Shown here one piece after another: positions 20,101 through 28,790 of a DNA stretch of 64,000 nt (within the stretch, counting starts at the first letter, position 1; every line of letters starts with the position of its first letter). Under the pieces are notes generated by a model, which did not search any database, had not been told where the DNA came from, and saw only the letters and a list, made by a program, of their open reading frames with translations. Location of the stretch: the NCBI GenBank assembly GCA_033762915.1, contig JANRLD010000053.1, forward strand, positions 77,094 through 141,093, given 5' to 3'. Made by a program: the position numbers and the translations under genes. Source of the stretch: Meiothermus sp. (GTDB lineage Bacteria > Deinococcota > Deinococci > Deinococcales > Thermaceae).

Positions 20101-20965
20101 CCGCGACGGCCTGGGCCTCGACGAGCTGATGCGGGCTGCCGACGTGGCCATGTACCAGGCCAAGGAGAAGAGCGTCGGCTTCGCCTTCTACAGCCCCGAA
20201 CTCGACCGCTACAGCCGCGAGCGCCTCGAGCTGCTGCACGACCTGCGCGAGGCCCTCGAGGAGGGCCAGTTCGTGCTGGAATACCAGCCCATCCTCGACA
20301 CCCACACCGGCCAGTACATCAAGGCCGAAGCCCTGGTGCGCTGGCAGCACCCGCTGCGCGGCAGGCTCTCCCCTGCCGTCTTCATCCCCCTGGCCGAGGA
20401 GACCGGCCTGATCCGCGCCCTCGACCGCTGGGTACTCGGGCGGGCCTGCCTCGAGGCCAGCCAGCTCGGCTTGCCGGTGGCCGCCAACGTCTCGGCCCTG
20501 ACCCTCTACGACCCCGGCTTCGTGGAGATGGTACGCGACGCACTCGAGGGCGGCAACCTGAGAGCCCAGGAGCTGCACCTCGAGCTGACCGAGACCGCCC
20601 TGATCCAGGACTTGCCCCGGGCCATCCGCCACCTCACCGCGCTGCGCGAGCTGGGGGTCAAGATCGCCCTCGACGACTTCGGGGTAGGCAACTCCTCGAT
20701 GGGCTACCTCAAGCAGCTCCCGGTGGATGTGCTCAAGATCGACCGCTCCTTCGTCTGGGGCATCGGCAAGGACGCCAGGGAGGAGGCCATCCTGCGCACC
20801 ATCCTGGCCCTGGGCGAGGGCCTGGGCATCCACACCGTGGCCGAAGGGGTCGAGACGGCCGAACAGATCGACTGGCTCTCACAGAAGGGCTGCCACCTGC
20901 TCCAGGGCTACGCGATTGCCCGCCCCCAGCCCAAAGAGAAGCTGCGCAAACCGATCGAGGCCTAA
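17159..20965 (+). CDS. GAF-GAF-PAS(x4)-GGDEF-EAL diguanylate cyclase/phosphodiesterase
   Basis: Two GAF-like domains, PAS repeats, HDAMTGLPNR, RQGDLLARLGGDEF, AEALVRW, DDFG.G.SS. Confidence 0.95.
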   Translation: MPRRSVQKLNQLLLGVAEIAHRLTSGDALAQLPEVVRILGQGLGVDRVYLNQYHPGEGGEVRVSQRAEWTSDKVAPLQHNPAMQNRLPYEPFRQRLLAGEILMLHRQDIPAPFRRHPALADIGSFLEVPIFAGEALWGFIGFNSVRRRRTWDEAEVSVLRTAADSLGKALWREQAQQQLRQEQNRSRELLLQSRRNNERLELLLKLARTLKSDLDLPDLYRQVVETVAQTFGYELFSIYLWEDGELVMQHQVGYEFWLERIPAGEGVMYQCFTRGQPIWLADAQDDPRFIGMQPDIRSEIAVPLRAGGRVVGVINAESMTVTYTEHDLEFLVAVADQISVALERSSAYNALREQEALHRLVLDNQSECVSLFDGDTLIYTNPASLRAVGAEHLEEVVGRSLGGVSAGGRTPLDLRKYAQALREGRSVTLTEASFRNLRGEAVEIEITLSPVQMAGRRLTLATWRDIRERKRAEAALRQSQERFRALVETSPDGILELDPDGQILYANAAFAWLVGASGPAEVQGQNISRFRPADVHAPAQPAPEAHHPFQAAFSEQKYARVDGQRVAVEVGRAQIPGHNRSMQIVRDISARQAAEAAVRESENRFRTVVEVSPDGVLLIEPEFGRILYANPAYLQMVRAGQAEQVVGQLLWRFVHPDYQNLVAGRVMQIAQNGEAQPLVEQRHLRLDGSVLEVEVASSGLQVGSIGAILIIVRDVGQRKRAEDALKASEARFKALIQNSLDMTLIVDQKGLITYATPNAVRIPPEAVGKISAFDFLPGEEQERARGILAESLRKPREIITLEINATLPGNEPSWYDVWVQNLLDEPAVGGIVLNLRDISERKAYQSTIEYLAYHDAMTGLPNRRMLREQSDQVLAQAKRNAHEATLVYLDLDRFKEVNDTLGHEAGDALLVQVARRIQGCIRQGDLLARLGGDEFAILLHDTTPTGAADAAQRVLAVLAQPFTIADTTLRIGASLGLGVFPRDGLGLDELMRAADVAMYQAKEKSVGFAFYSPELDRYSRERLELLHDLREALEEGQFVLEYQPILDTHTGQYIKAEALVRWQHPLRGRLSPAVFIPLAEETGLIRALDRWVLGRACLEASQLGLPVAANVSALTLYDPGFVEMVRDALEGGNLRAQELHLELTETALIQDLPRAIRHLTALRELGVKIALDDFGVGNSSMGYLKQLPVDVLKIDRSFVWGIGKDAREEAILRTILALGEGLGIHTVAEGVETAEQIDWLSQKGCHLLQGYAIARPQPKEKLRKPIEA

Positions 20966-21085
20966 ACGCGGCCCGAACGCGGGGGCTGTCTTCGTGGCCA
21001 GACGGTTTCCGCCTACCCCTGCCTCCCGCCCCCATTTGAGCGTTGGGCGTTAGTCGTCCGGCCCTCCGCGCGGTATCGTGTTGCC

Positions 21086-22120
21086 ATGGTCGAGCGGATC
21101 TATCTTGCCAAGCCCAGAGGCTTCTGCGCGGGCGTGGTGATGGCCATCGAGGCGGTCGAGAAAGCCGCCCAGGCCTATAAGGACGAGGGCGAGCTGGTGG
21201 TGTATCACGCCATCGTCCACAACGACGTGGTGACCAAGCGGCTCCAACAGCAGCACGGGGTTCATTTTGTGGAAGACCTGGCCGAGGTCGAGGTGTTGCG
21301 CGAGGAGCGGGCCAAGGCGGGCAAGAAGCTCGGCGAGACGGTGGTCTTCTCGGCCCACGGGATACCGCCCTGGCTGCGCTCCGAGGCGGCCGGGCGCGGC
21401 CTGAGCCAGATCGACGCGACCTGCCCGCTGGTCACCAAGGTTCACTCCGAGGCCAAGAAGTACGCCAAGGAGGGCTACACCATCCTGCTAATTGGCGACA
21501 GCAGCCAGCACCAGGAGATCAAGGGCACGCGGGGCGAGGCCCCCCATGAGACCATCCTGGTGGCCGTCCACACCCACGTCGGGCGCGACCCCCTCATGCA
21601 CGACCCCCACACCGTGGAGGTGCCCGACCCCGAAAAGCTGGTGGTGCTCACCCAGACCACCCTCTCGGTCGACGACACCATGGCCACCATTGAGATCCTA
21701 AAGCGCCGCTTCCCCAGCCTGCACGTTCCGGGCCGCGACGACCTCTGCTACGCCACCAAAAACCGCCAGGACGCGGTGAAGCAGATCGCCCCTAAGGTTG
21801 ACCTCTTCCTGGTGCTAACCAGCCTGACCAGCTCCAACGGGATGCGCCTCTTGGAGCTGGCCCAAAACCTCATGGGCAGGGCCGAGCGCCTCAACACGGT
21901 GGACGAGATTCAGGAGGGCTGGCTCGAGGGGGTAAAGAGCATCGGCATCACCTCAGCGGCCTCCACCCCCGACGACCTGGTGCAGGCGGTGGTGGCCCAC
22001 TTCCGCAGCCGGAACCCAGGCCTCGAGGTGATCGAGGACGGCGAATGGGAAGACATCGAGTTCCGCGAGCCCAAGCGGGTTTCGCCCCAGGAGTTCAGGG
22101 CCAAAACCGCCCCAGCCTAG
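21086..22120 (+). CDS. ispH: 4-hydroxy-3-methylbut-2-enyl diphosphate reductase
   Basis: [41 protein letters not shown]. Confidence 0.97.
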   Translation: MVERIYLAKPRGFCAGVVMAIEAVEKAAQAYKDEGELVVYHAIVHNDVVTKRLQQQHGVHFVEDLAEVEVLREERAKAGKKLGETVVFSAHGIPPWLRSEAAGRGLSQIDATCPLVTKVHSEAKKYAKEGYTILLIGDSSQHQEIKGTRGEAPHETILVAVHTHVGRDPLMHDPHTVEVPDPEKLVVLTQTTLSVDDTMATIEILKRRFPSLHVPGRDDLCYATKNRQDAVKQIAPKVDLFLVLTSLTSSNGMRLLELAQNLMGRAERLNTVDEIQEGWLEGVKSIGITSAASTPDDLVQAVVAHFRSRNPGLEVIEDGEWEDIEFREPKRVSPQEFRAKTAPA

Positions 22121-22162
22121 CCACCCGCCAGGCCCCGTAAAACGCAAAAGGGCACACCTCAG

Positions 22163-22825
22163 CTACTTCATCACCTCCACCTCGAGCTTCACGTTCCCCC
22201 GCTTGGTCTGGCCCAACACCTTTTTCACCACCAGGCTGCCCAGGCCCTCGGCCAGCAGGGCATCGCCCTCGGCGATCTCGTCCTTGGCGGTGGCGGTCTT
22301 GCCCTTGAGCTTGACCTTGCCCGCCTTGACCCCTTGGGCGAAGTAGTTGCGCGAGACCCCGAAGCCCTTGGCCCCCACCACGTCCACCCGCAAACTGGGC
22401 ACCACCACGCTGCGGGTGCGCTCGCGGGTTTTGGGGAGTTCGTCCGGGGTGGCCTCGTGGAACTCGAGCCCCGAGCCCTCCAGCAGCTTCAGCCCCTTGG
22501 GCAGCGTGGCCAGCAGAAAGCCGCCCCGGGTCTCCTCGAGGTCGCCCATCAGGCCCGGCTCCATCACCCCCCGCAGCCTGTCCTCGAGGTTCTCAATCTC
22601 GCCCTCGAAGCCGATGAACACCACCTTGGTGGGGTCGGAGACGGCGGGGATGTTGTCAGGGAACAGCACCACCACCTGCCGCTCGGCCATCGGCAGCCCG
22701 CCGAAGGTCTCGAGCTGAACCCCCTCGAGCCTGGCGTCGCGCCGGATTTCGTCTATGGTATCGGCCTCGAGGAACTGGGTCTGAACAACCCGCCCGCCTC
22801 GAGCTTTTTTCACATAATCGTGCAT
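22163..22825 (-). CDS. YlmH/Sll1252-like S4-domain RNA-binding protein (probable start ATG 22825)
   Basis: TQFL, FGG...AERQ, SLRVDVV.A.GF.VSR, G.G....K..G.TKRG. Confidence 0.8.
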   Translation of the reverse strand: MHDYVKKARGGRVVQTQFLEADTIDEIRRDARLEGVQLETFGGLPMAERQVVVLFPDNIPAVSDPTKVVFIGFEGEIENLEDRLRGVMEPGLMGDLEETRGGFLLATLPKGLKLLEGSGLEFHEATPDELPKTRERTRSVVVPSLRVDVVGAKGFGVSRNYFAQGVKAGKVKLKGKTATAKDEIAEGDALLAEGLGSLVVKKVLGQTKRGNVKLEVEVMK

Positions 22826-23062
22826 AAGCTCTATCCTGAACGGTTTGGGGACTCGAGTCAAACGGAGCCGGGTAGGGCTGTGCCCACCGCACTACCCTGG
22901 ATCAACTCGAGCCGTGCCCAACTACCGCCGCTCGAGGGTTTTTGAAAGGGGGGCTCGAGTTCCCAGGAATCCGGCTCGGCGAGTGGGAGTGACGGTGGGC
23001 ACGGCCCACGCTGGATCTGGACGACCCGCCCGCCTCGAGCTTTTTTCACAGAATCGTGCATA
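22775..23062. repeat. 52-bp direct repeat (22775-22826 and 23011-23062) flanking a segment with an inner inverted repeat
   Basis: 48/52 identical by manual alignment; inner IR gggctgtgcccaccg (22875-22889) / cggtgggcacggccc (22993-23007). Confidence 0.85.
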
Positions 23063-23130
23063 GTTGTGTCTTTTCAAGTACTTGTAGAGAGCTCTCATGC
23101 GCCATGTTTCGAGGTTGTCCAGACCCAAAT

Positions 23131-23859
23131 CTACTTTCTCAACATCGTCTTAACCTCTTCAATGGTGAATACTGGATCGCCCATATGCAAGACTGCGTGA
23201 CAGTTAGGGCATACAGGCTTCAAGTCTCTTACTGGATCAACTTCGTATTCCTGATTTTTTTCCGATATTTGATTTTCGTGATGTACATGTATAAATCCAT
23301 CGGCTACGTCACCATAGACCTCGAGGAAATCGAAGCCACATATACAGCAAGCCCAGCCATAGTGTTCAATGCAAGCAATACGAGCCTTTTTGCTACGTCG
23401 ATATTCGGTAATCTGTACCTTTCTAGGGTCTCCTTCACGAAAGCTTCGACGTGTTTTTGGCAGTATAGTTCTCTCCTTTACCAGCTTATTTGGTGCCTCA
23501 ACAATCCCAAGCAAGACCAACACAATACCGACTTGCGGGCGCAGCACCCATTTTCCCGTACTAGGTTTGTCTTGTTTGACCAGTGACTCCAGAGGGCGCA
23601 ACAGGCTCCAGTTGAGCTGTCTTGCCACCTTCTCTCCCAGCTTTCTATAGAAGATACTTGCAGCCTTTTCACTTTCAAACCCCATCAAATTGGACAGGTC
23701 TTTTGACGTTAAGGTTTGCTTGGATGAACGAAAGTGCAATCGCAATATTTCCCGTTCAAATTCAGTAAGCTCAACTGACAGAAAGGCTAGAAAGTAGCTT
23801 TCAACATCTGGGCCACGGGGTGCCAAATCAACTGAATTATGTGCTGGTTTTTCTACCAT
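23131..23859 (-). CDS. HNH endonuclease (McrA-like C-terminal domain), AT-rich
   Basis: EG.......Y.RS..AR..CI..YG..C.ICGFDF...YG......IHVHH...DL.PVCPNCHAVLH. Confidence 0.88.
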   Translation of the reverse strand: MVEKPAHNSVDLAPRGPDVESYFLAFLSVELTEFEREILRLHFRSSKQTLTSKDLSNLMGFESEKAASIFYRKLGEKVARQLNWSLLRPLESLVKQDKPSTGKWVLRPQVGIVLVLLGIVEAPNKLVKERTILPKTRRSFREGDPRKVQITEYRRSKKARIACIEHYGWACCICGFDFLEVYGDVADGFIHVHHENQISEKNQEYEVDPVRDLKPVCPNCHAVLHMGDPVFTIEEVKTMLRK

Positions 23860-23917
23860 GACAGGTAAACTCTAAAAGAATCAGAGGTAAAGACAGCCAA
23901 CCCTACCTAGCTCTGTC

Positions 23918-25270
23918 TCATCCGTTCAGTGCAGCGTTCAACGTATCTCCCAGCGCGTTCACCAGCTCGTCCACCTCGGCAGCGGTGATGACCAAGGGCG
24001 GGGCCATCGCAAAGCCGGTGTCGTTGCAGCGGACGATCACACCGTTCTTGCGGCTCAGGCTCATCAGCTTGCCGCCCACCCCGGCACTCGCGTCGAAGGT
24101 TTTCTTGCTGGCTTTATCCTCGACTACTTCCACCAGCGCCATCAGCCCCTTGCCGCGCACGTTGCCCACGTTGGGGTGGGACTCGAGCTGCCGCAGGCCT
24201 GCCAGCAGTTGTGCCCCCCGCTCGGCGGCGTTTTTCCACAGCTCCTCGCGCTCGATAATCGCGATGTTCGCCAGCCCCACCGCGCAGGCCACCGGGTGGC
24301 CGGAGTAGGTGAAGCCATGCATGAACAGGCGGTCAGGGGCCGAGACGGCGGCGTAAATCTCTGGCGTCACCCCCACCCCGCCCAGCGGCACGTAGCCCGA
24401 GGTGATGCCCTTGGCGAAGCTGGTGATGTCGGCCTGGAAGCCGTAGGTGGTCTGGGCGAACATCTCCCCGGTGCGCCCGAAGCCGGTGATGACCTCGTCG
24501 GCGATCAGCAGGATGTCGTGCTTTTTCAGGATGGGCGCGATGGCCTTCCAGTAGCCCTCGGGCGGCGGAACCACCCCGCCCGCCCCCTGCACCGGCTCGC
24601 CGATGAAGGCCGCGATGGTGTCGGCCCCCTCGCGCGCGATGGTGTCCTCGAGCTCCTTGGCCAGCATCGCCACGAAGTCGGCCTCGCTCAGGCCGGGGTT
24701 GTTGCGGTACTCGAGGGGCGCACTCAGGTAGAGGAAGCCCTCGGTCAGCGGCCCGAAGTCGGCGTGGTAGGCCGGAATCCCAGTGGCGGCCAGCGCACCC
24801 ATGGCAATGCCGTGATAGGCCATCTTGCGGCTGAGGATTTTGACCTTGCTCTTGCGGCCCTGCATGGCCCAGTAGTAGCGGGCGACCTTGAGGGCGGTCT
24901 CGTTGGACTCAGCCCCGCCGGAGGTGAACTGGAAGTGCGAGTGGTGGGGTAGCAGCTCGGCCATCTTGGCGGCGAGTTCGATCACCGGTGGGGTGGCGAG
25001 GCCGAAGAAGGTGGGCTGGAAGGCCAGCCGGGCCATCTGCTCCTCGGCCACCTTGGCCAGCTCGGCTCGCCCGTGTCCGACGTTCACGTTCCACAGCCCC
25101 GCGAAGCCGTCTATGTACCACTTGCCGCCCGTGTCCCGCACCTTGGAGCCCTTGCCCTCGGTGAGGATCAGCGGGGCCGACCTGTGCAGCCGGTGCAGGT
25201 TGGTGACCGGGTGAAAATGGTGCGCCAAATCCAGCGCAGCCAGTTGTTCGGTGTCATACTCGGCGATCAT
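23918..25270 (-). CDS. Class III PLP aminotransferase (omega-amino acid/polyamine type); probable start ATG 25270
   Basis: DGFAGLWNVNVGHGR, SGGAESNE, YHG, EPVQGAGG, DEVITGFGRTG, AKGITSGY, HGFTYSGHP. Confidence 0.93.
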   Translation of the reverse strand: MIAEYDTEQLAALDLAHHFHPVTNLHRLHRSAPLILTEGKGSKVRDTGGKWYIDGFAGLWNVNVGHGRAELAKVAEEQMARLAFQPTFFGLATPPVIELAAKMAELLPHHSHFQFTSGGAESNETALKVARYYWAMQGRKSKVKILSRKMAYHGIAMGALAATGIPAYHADFGPLTEGFLYLSAPLEYRNNPGLSEADFVAMLAKELEDTIAREGADTIAAFIGEPVQGAGGVVPPPEGYWKAIAPILKKHDILLIADEVITGFGRTGEMFAQTTYGFQADITSFAKGITSGYVPLGGVGVTPEIYAAVSAPDRLFMHGFTYSGHPVACAVGLANIAIIEREELWKNAAERGAQLLAGLRQLESHPNVGNVRGKGLMALVEVVEDKASKKTFDASAGVGGKLMSLSRKNGVIVRCNDTGFAMAPPLVITAAEVDELVNALGDTLNAALNG

Positions 25271-25360
25271 GGTAGTCAATATTACGCCAAGATACAGTTT
25301 TGGTGGTATCTTACGGGGCTGCACTTTAATCGCAGGTTGAAGGTTGAAGGACAAAGACCA

Positions 25361-25420
25361 AGTCAAGGGCGATCCCCCAACCCCGGCACAGCCCTCCTCC
25401 GCTTCGCTCCGCCCCTTGAC
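25361..25420. repeat. Dispersed repeat family C, copy 1
   Basis: 25376-25403 is the reverse complement of 33404-33431 (27/28); enclosed by the gtcaagggcg/cgccccttgac IR. Confidence 0.65.
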
Positions 25421-25548
25421 TTATCACCACCGGGTTGACGCGCCTTACAGGGTAAACACACTGGCCCAAAGGGGGCTCCTTCGGCTTTACTTTTTTGATT
25501 TTTCTTTTCTGCTCCTCCGCCTCTGCGCTCCTCACACATCTCTGCACT

Positions 25549-26913
25549 ATGACTGCCGAAACCCGCCGTGAGATCGGAAAAATCGCTCTGCCGGTCAGCC
25601 TCGAGTCGGTCATCCAGCTGACCCTGAGCTTCGTCAATCAGGTGATCGTGGGGACGCTGGGAACGGCCACCATCGCCGCCGTGGGCCTGTCGAACAACGC
25701 CATTTTCATCGGGATTCTGTGCCTGAACGTGCTGGGCTCGGGGTGCGCGATCATGGCCTCGAAGGCCCGGGGGCGGGGCGATGAGGAGGGGCTGGCCCGC
25801 ATCGCCACCTTCTCGCTGCTGTTTGCCTTCGTGCTCTCGCTCTCTATCGCGCTGCCGCTGTTCCTCTCGGGCGAGGGGTTCTTAAGACTGGTGGGGGCCA
25901 GCACCGAGCTGGCGACCATCGGGGGGCCGTACCTCAGCCTGTACGCCCTGACCCTGCCGCTCATCACCGCCAGTGTGGTGATGACCCAGACCTTCCGCAC
26001 CATCGGGCGGGCCCGGCTGCCGCTGGTGGTCACGATGTCCACCCTGACCCTCACCCCGCCGCTGGCCTGGGTCTTTGTGACGCAGCTCGGCTGGGGCGCG
26101 GAGGGGGCCGCCTGGGCCGCCATCCTCACCCAGCTGTTGCGGGTGGGGCTGCTGGCCGGCTATCTGTTCGCCAGCCGCTGGGGCATCCGCTTCAGTTGGC
26201 CAGACTGGCCCCAGGCCAGGGCGATCCTGCGCGAGATGACCCCGTTGGTGCTGCCGCTGTTCATCACCGAGGTGGTGTTCAGCAGCGGGGTCTTCCTGTT
26301 CGCGCTGCTGGCCGAGCGGCTGGGCACCGCCGAGCTGGCGGCCTTTCAAATCGTGAGCACCCTCGAGAACATCTTCATCGTGGGGGCGGTGGGGTTCAAC
26401 GCCGCCGCCACCATCCTCACCGCCAAGGCCATCGGGCAGGCCAACGCCTCGGAGGTCTGGCGCTGGTCGGGGAGCGTCTGGCGTTTCGGTTTTTTCGCCG
26501 CCATCGGGATGGGGGTGCTGTTCGGCCTGTCCGCGCTGATGGTGCCGCTCCTGTTCCCCAACACCACCCCCGCCGTGCAGCAGACGGCAATCTGGGGGGC
26601 GGTGCTCAACGCCGTCTTCATGCCTGTGAAGGCCTCCAATATGATCGGCTTCGGCATCCTGGCCACCGGGGGCGACACCCGCTATCTGCTGTTCTCCGAC
26701 TTTCTGACGGTTTTCGTGGTGGGGCTGCCGCTGGCCTATCTGCTGGCCTTCCCGCTGGGCATGGGCATCTGGGGGATATTCCTGGGCCGTCTGCTGGGCG
26801 AGGAGACGGTGCGGATCTTGATACTCTTCTGGCGCTACCGCACGGGGGTCTGGTTCAAGCTCGAGCCAGCGCCGGGCTCGCCTCCCGACTCAAGAGCGGC
26901 GGGGGGCGGGTAG
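25549..26913 (+). CDS. MATE family efflux transporter
   Basis: IALP..LE......VG.LG...IAAVG, G..GAA.A, L..GGDT-like second repeat; about 12 hydrophobic segments. Confidence 0.9.
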   Translation: MTAETRREIGKIALPVSLESVIQLTLSFVNQVIVGTLGTATIAAVGLSNNAIFIGILCLNVLGSGCAIMASKARGRGDEEGLARIATFSLLFAFVLSLSIALPLFLSGEGFLRLVGASTELATIGGPYLSLYALTLPLITASVVMTQTFRTIGRARLPLVVTMSTLTLTPPLAWVFVTQLGWGAEGAAWAAILTQLLRVGLLAGYLFASRWGIRFSWPDWPQARAILREMTPLVLPLFITEVVFSSGVFLFALLAERLGTAELAAFQIVSTLENIFIVGAVGFNAAATILTAKAIGQANASEVWRWSGSVWRFGFFAAIGMGVLFGLSALMVPLLFPNTTPAVQQTAIWGAVLNAVFMPVKASNMIGFGILATGGDTRYLLFSDFLTVFVVGLPLAYLLAFPLGMGIWGIFLGRLLGEETVRILILFWRYRTGVWFKLEPAPGSPPDSRAAGGG

Positions 26914-27054
26914 CGGGGGAACATCGGGTGCAGCGCTCAGCGGCCCGCCATTCCCCAAAACCCGACCGGCGAACTTCGGTCCCATGGACGGTCCGAGCGC
27001 ATACCCGGAAAGGTTTAAGAAGTTGGGGCGGAGCCCCGCCCCAGGCCAGGCGAA

Positions 27055-27088
27055 TATAACGCTCGAATAACGCCGACTTCGCTACCCT
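27055..27088 (+). promoter_or_regulatory. 11-bp-period direct repeat followed by a -10-like box
   Basis: ATAACGC-tcga-ATAACGC-N9-TACCCT upstream of ORF 27109. Confidence 0.5.
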
Positions 27089-27108
27089 GCTGACATGCGA
27101 GGTACGGC

Positions 27109-27303
27109 ATGCCCAACCAGGCCCTGACTCTAATCGTCCGCATGTGGCTGGCCTCGGACGGCAGCATTAAGGCCTCGGTCAAGCCCGCCGAAGGGGGCGA
27201 GGTCCGGCACTTCGCCGACCTCCAGGGACTGATCGCCTACCTCGAGCAGGCCCGCCCCCCCGCCCCCACCCCCTCAAGCCAGGAACCCCAGGGGCTACGA
27301 TGA
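27109..27303 (+). CDS. Small hypothetical protein
   Basis: GAGGT RBS, host-like codon usage, promoter-like motif upstream. Confidence 0.65.
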   Translation: MPNQALTLIVRMWLASDGSIKASVKPAEGGEVRHFADLQGLIAYLEQARPPAPTPSSQEPQGLR

Positions 27304-27331
27304 GGGTCGAGGACGACTGGGAGGGCGGAGG

Positions 27332-27970
27332 CTACGCCTTCGCCGCGCTCAACTCTGCCACCCGGTCGCTGGGGACGATGAAGCCGCCGGAGACCACGTA
27401 CTTCAGGGCGTCCTCGATGCTGATCTCGAGGGGGATCACGTCTGCGGACGGGACGATGATGGCCATGCCCGAGGCAGGGACGGGGCTGGTGGGCACTAGC
27501 ACCACCGTATAGCCGTCGGGCAGGGGGGGCATCCGCTTGCCGACCTGGGCAGTGGCGATGAAGCAGAGGGTGTAGAGGCCCTTGCGGGGGTACTCGATCA
27601 GGGCAGCCCGCTGGAACTGGACCTCGGGCTGGCCCAGCAGGGTCTGGGAAATCTGCTGGACGGCGTTGTACACCTCGCGCACCAGCGGGATGGTCTTGAT
27701 GCTGCGGTCTATGGCCCCCAAGATCACCCGCCCCACGTAGTTGCCGGTCAGGGCCCCCACCAGCGCCACCAGCCCCAGCGTGGCGATCAGGCCCAGGATG
27801 GGCAGGACGGGGAGCAGCCAGCGGGCGGGCTCGGCATCTATGGCGCGCAGCACGGTGCCAATCAGGTTGGCCGACCAGTTATAGACCGCCACCAGCACGT
27901 AGATGGTAACCCCTATGGGCAGCACCGAGAGCAGCCCGGCGACAAAGTGGCGGCGCAGACGTTGGGTCAT
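27332..27970 (-). CDS. DUF502 membrane protein
   Basis: F.AGLL..LP..VT, IPLVR.VY, EYPRKG, VPTSP.P.SG, EDALKYVVSGG. Confidence 0.9.
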   Translation of the reverse strand: MTQRLRRHFVAGLLSVLPIGVTIYVLVAVYNWSANLIGTVLRAIDAEPARWLLPVLPILGLIATLGLVALVGALTGNYVGRVILGAIDRSIKTIPLVREVYNAVQQISQTLLGQPEVQFQRAALIEYPRKGLYTLCFIATAQVGKRMPPLPDGYTVVLVPTSPVPASGMAIIVPSADVIPLEISIEDALKYVVSGGFIVPSDRVAELSAAKA

Positions 27971-28046
27971 GGCTGCCTAAGAGTTTACTCGAGCCGCCCC
28001 CCGCGAAAGGTGGGTTCCTCCCACCTTGCCCTCATCCTCGAGGGCC

Positions 28047-28080
28047 GTTCACAGTTCGTTCACGCGGGGTTGAATACACT
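28047..28080 (+). promoter_or_regulatory. OmpR/PhoB-type direct repeat plus -10 box (probable leaderless promoter)
   Basis: GTTCACA-gttc-GTTCACG-N10-TACACT, 6 nt before the GTG start. Confidence 0.5.
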
Positions 28081-28086
28081 CAGGGG

Positions 28087-28566
28087 GTGAACGCTTTCGC
28101 CGACTGGCTTTTCGTGGTGGTTTGGGCGGTGGCTCTGTTCGCGACCTTCATCCCGGTGGTTCCGGCAGGCTTCATCATCGGCGGCGCAGTTTTGCTGCAC
28201 GAGGTGCTGGTGGGGTTCGGCGAGGTCTCGCCGGCGCTGTGGGTGGGGCTGGGGCTGCTGATGGTACTTTCCTCGCTGGTAGACAACATCGCCGGGGCTG
28301 TCGGGGCCAAGCGCTACGGCGGTAGCCGCCAGGGCATCTGGGGGGCCTTCGTTGGCGGCATTCTGGGCATCTTCATCCTCCCGCCGGTAGGTCTGTTTCT
28401 GATGCCCTTTGTGGGTGCCTTCGTGGGCGAGCTGGTTGCGGGCAAGGCTCAGGACGCCGCCCTGCGCGGGGCCTGGGGTGCGGTGGTGGGGATGATCGGG
28501 GGGCTGTTTGGCAAGTTCATCCTCCACGCCCTGATGGGGATTCTGGTGATCCGGGCGATTTTCTGA
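28087..28566 (+). CDS. DUF456 membrane protein
   Basis: P.VP, D..AG..GAKRYGGS..G.WGA..G, PF.GA..GEL. Confidence 0.88.
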   Translation: MNAFADWLFVVVWAVALFATFIPVVPAGFIIGGAVLLHEVLVGFGEVSPALWVGLGLLMVLSSLVDNIAGAVGAKRYGGSRQGIWGAFVGGILGIFILPPVGLFLMPFVGAFVGELVAGKAQDAALRGAWGAVVGMIGGLFGKFILHALMGILVIRAIF

Positions 28567-28728
28567 GGGCCAGTCGCCGTGCTTGAAGTCATCGGGCCTT
28601 CAACCCGAGCACAGCCCCAGCAAAGGGCGACGGCCTTAAACTCGCCACAAAGGGCGGCTCGAGGCGCTTACCCCGGTCTAGCCGTCTGAGGTTAAAACGG
28701 GTGTAGCACATGGGGGGAAGAAACTTGC

Positions 28729-28766
28729 CTTCATGCCGTTTTCACACCGGCTATCTACCCTAAACT
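28729..28766 (+). promoter_or_regulatory. Direct-repeat response-regulator box upstream of htrA
   Basis: CTTCATG-ccgt-TTTCACA (11-bp period) then TACCCT/TAAACT; resembles TTTTCACA boxes known upstream of htrA genes elsewhere. Confidence 0.4.
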
Positions 28767-28790
28767 AGCTATGATGAGGAGGTTCCACAC

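Noticed and set aside
11424..20833. Long overlapping ORFs (683, 654, 433 and 355 aa)
   Set aside because: Alternate-frame or antisense shadows of the GGDEF-EAL genes, expected with high GC3.
22858..23061. 67-aa ORF starting MHDSVKKARGG
   Set aside because: Only the first 17 codons are the duplicated ylmH start; the rest reads through repeat DNA.
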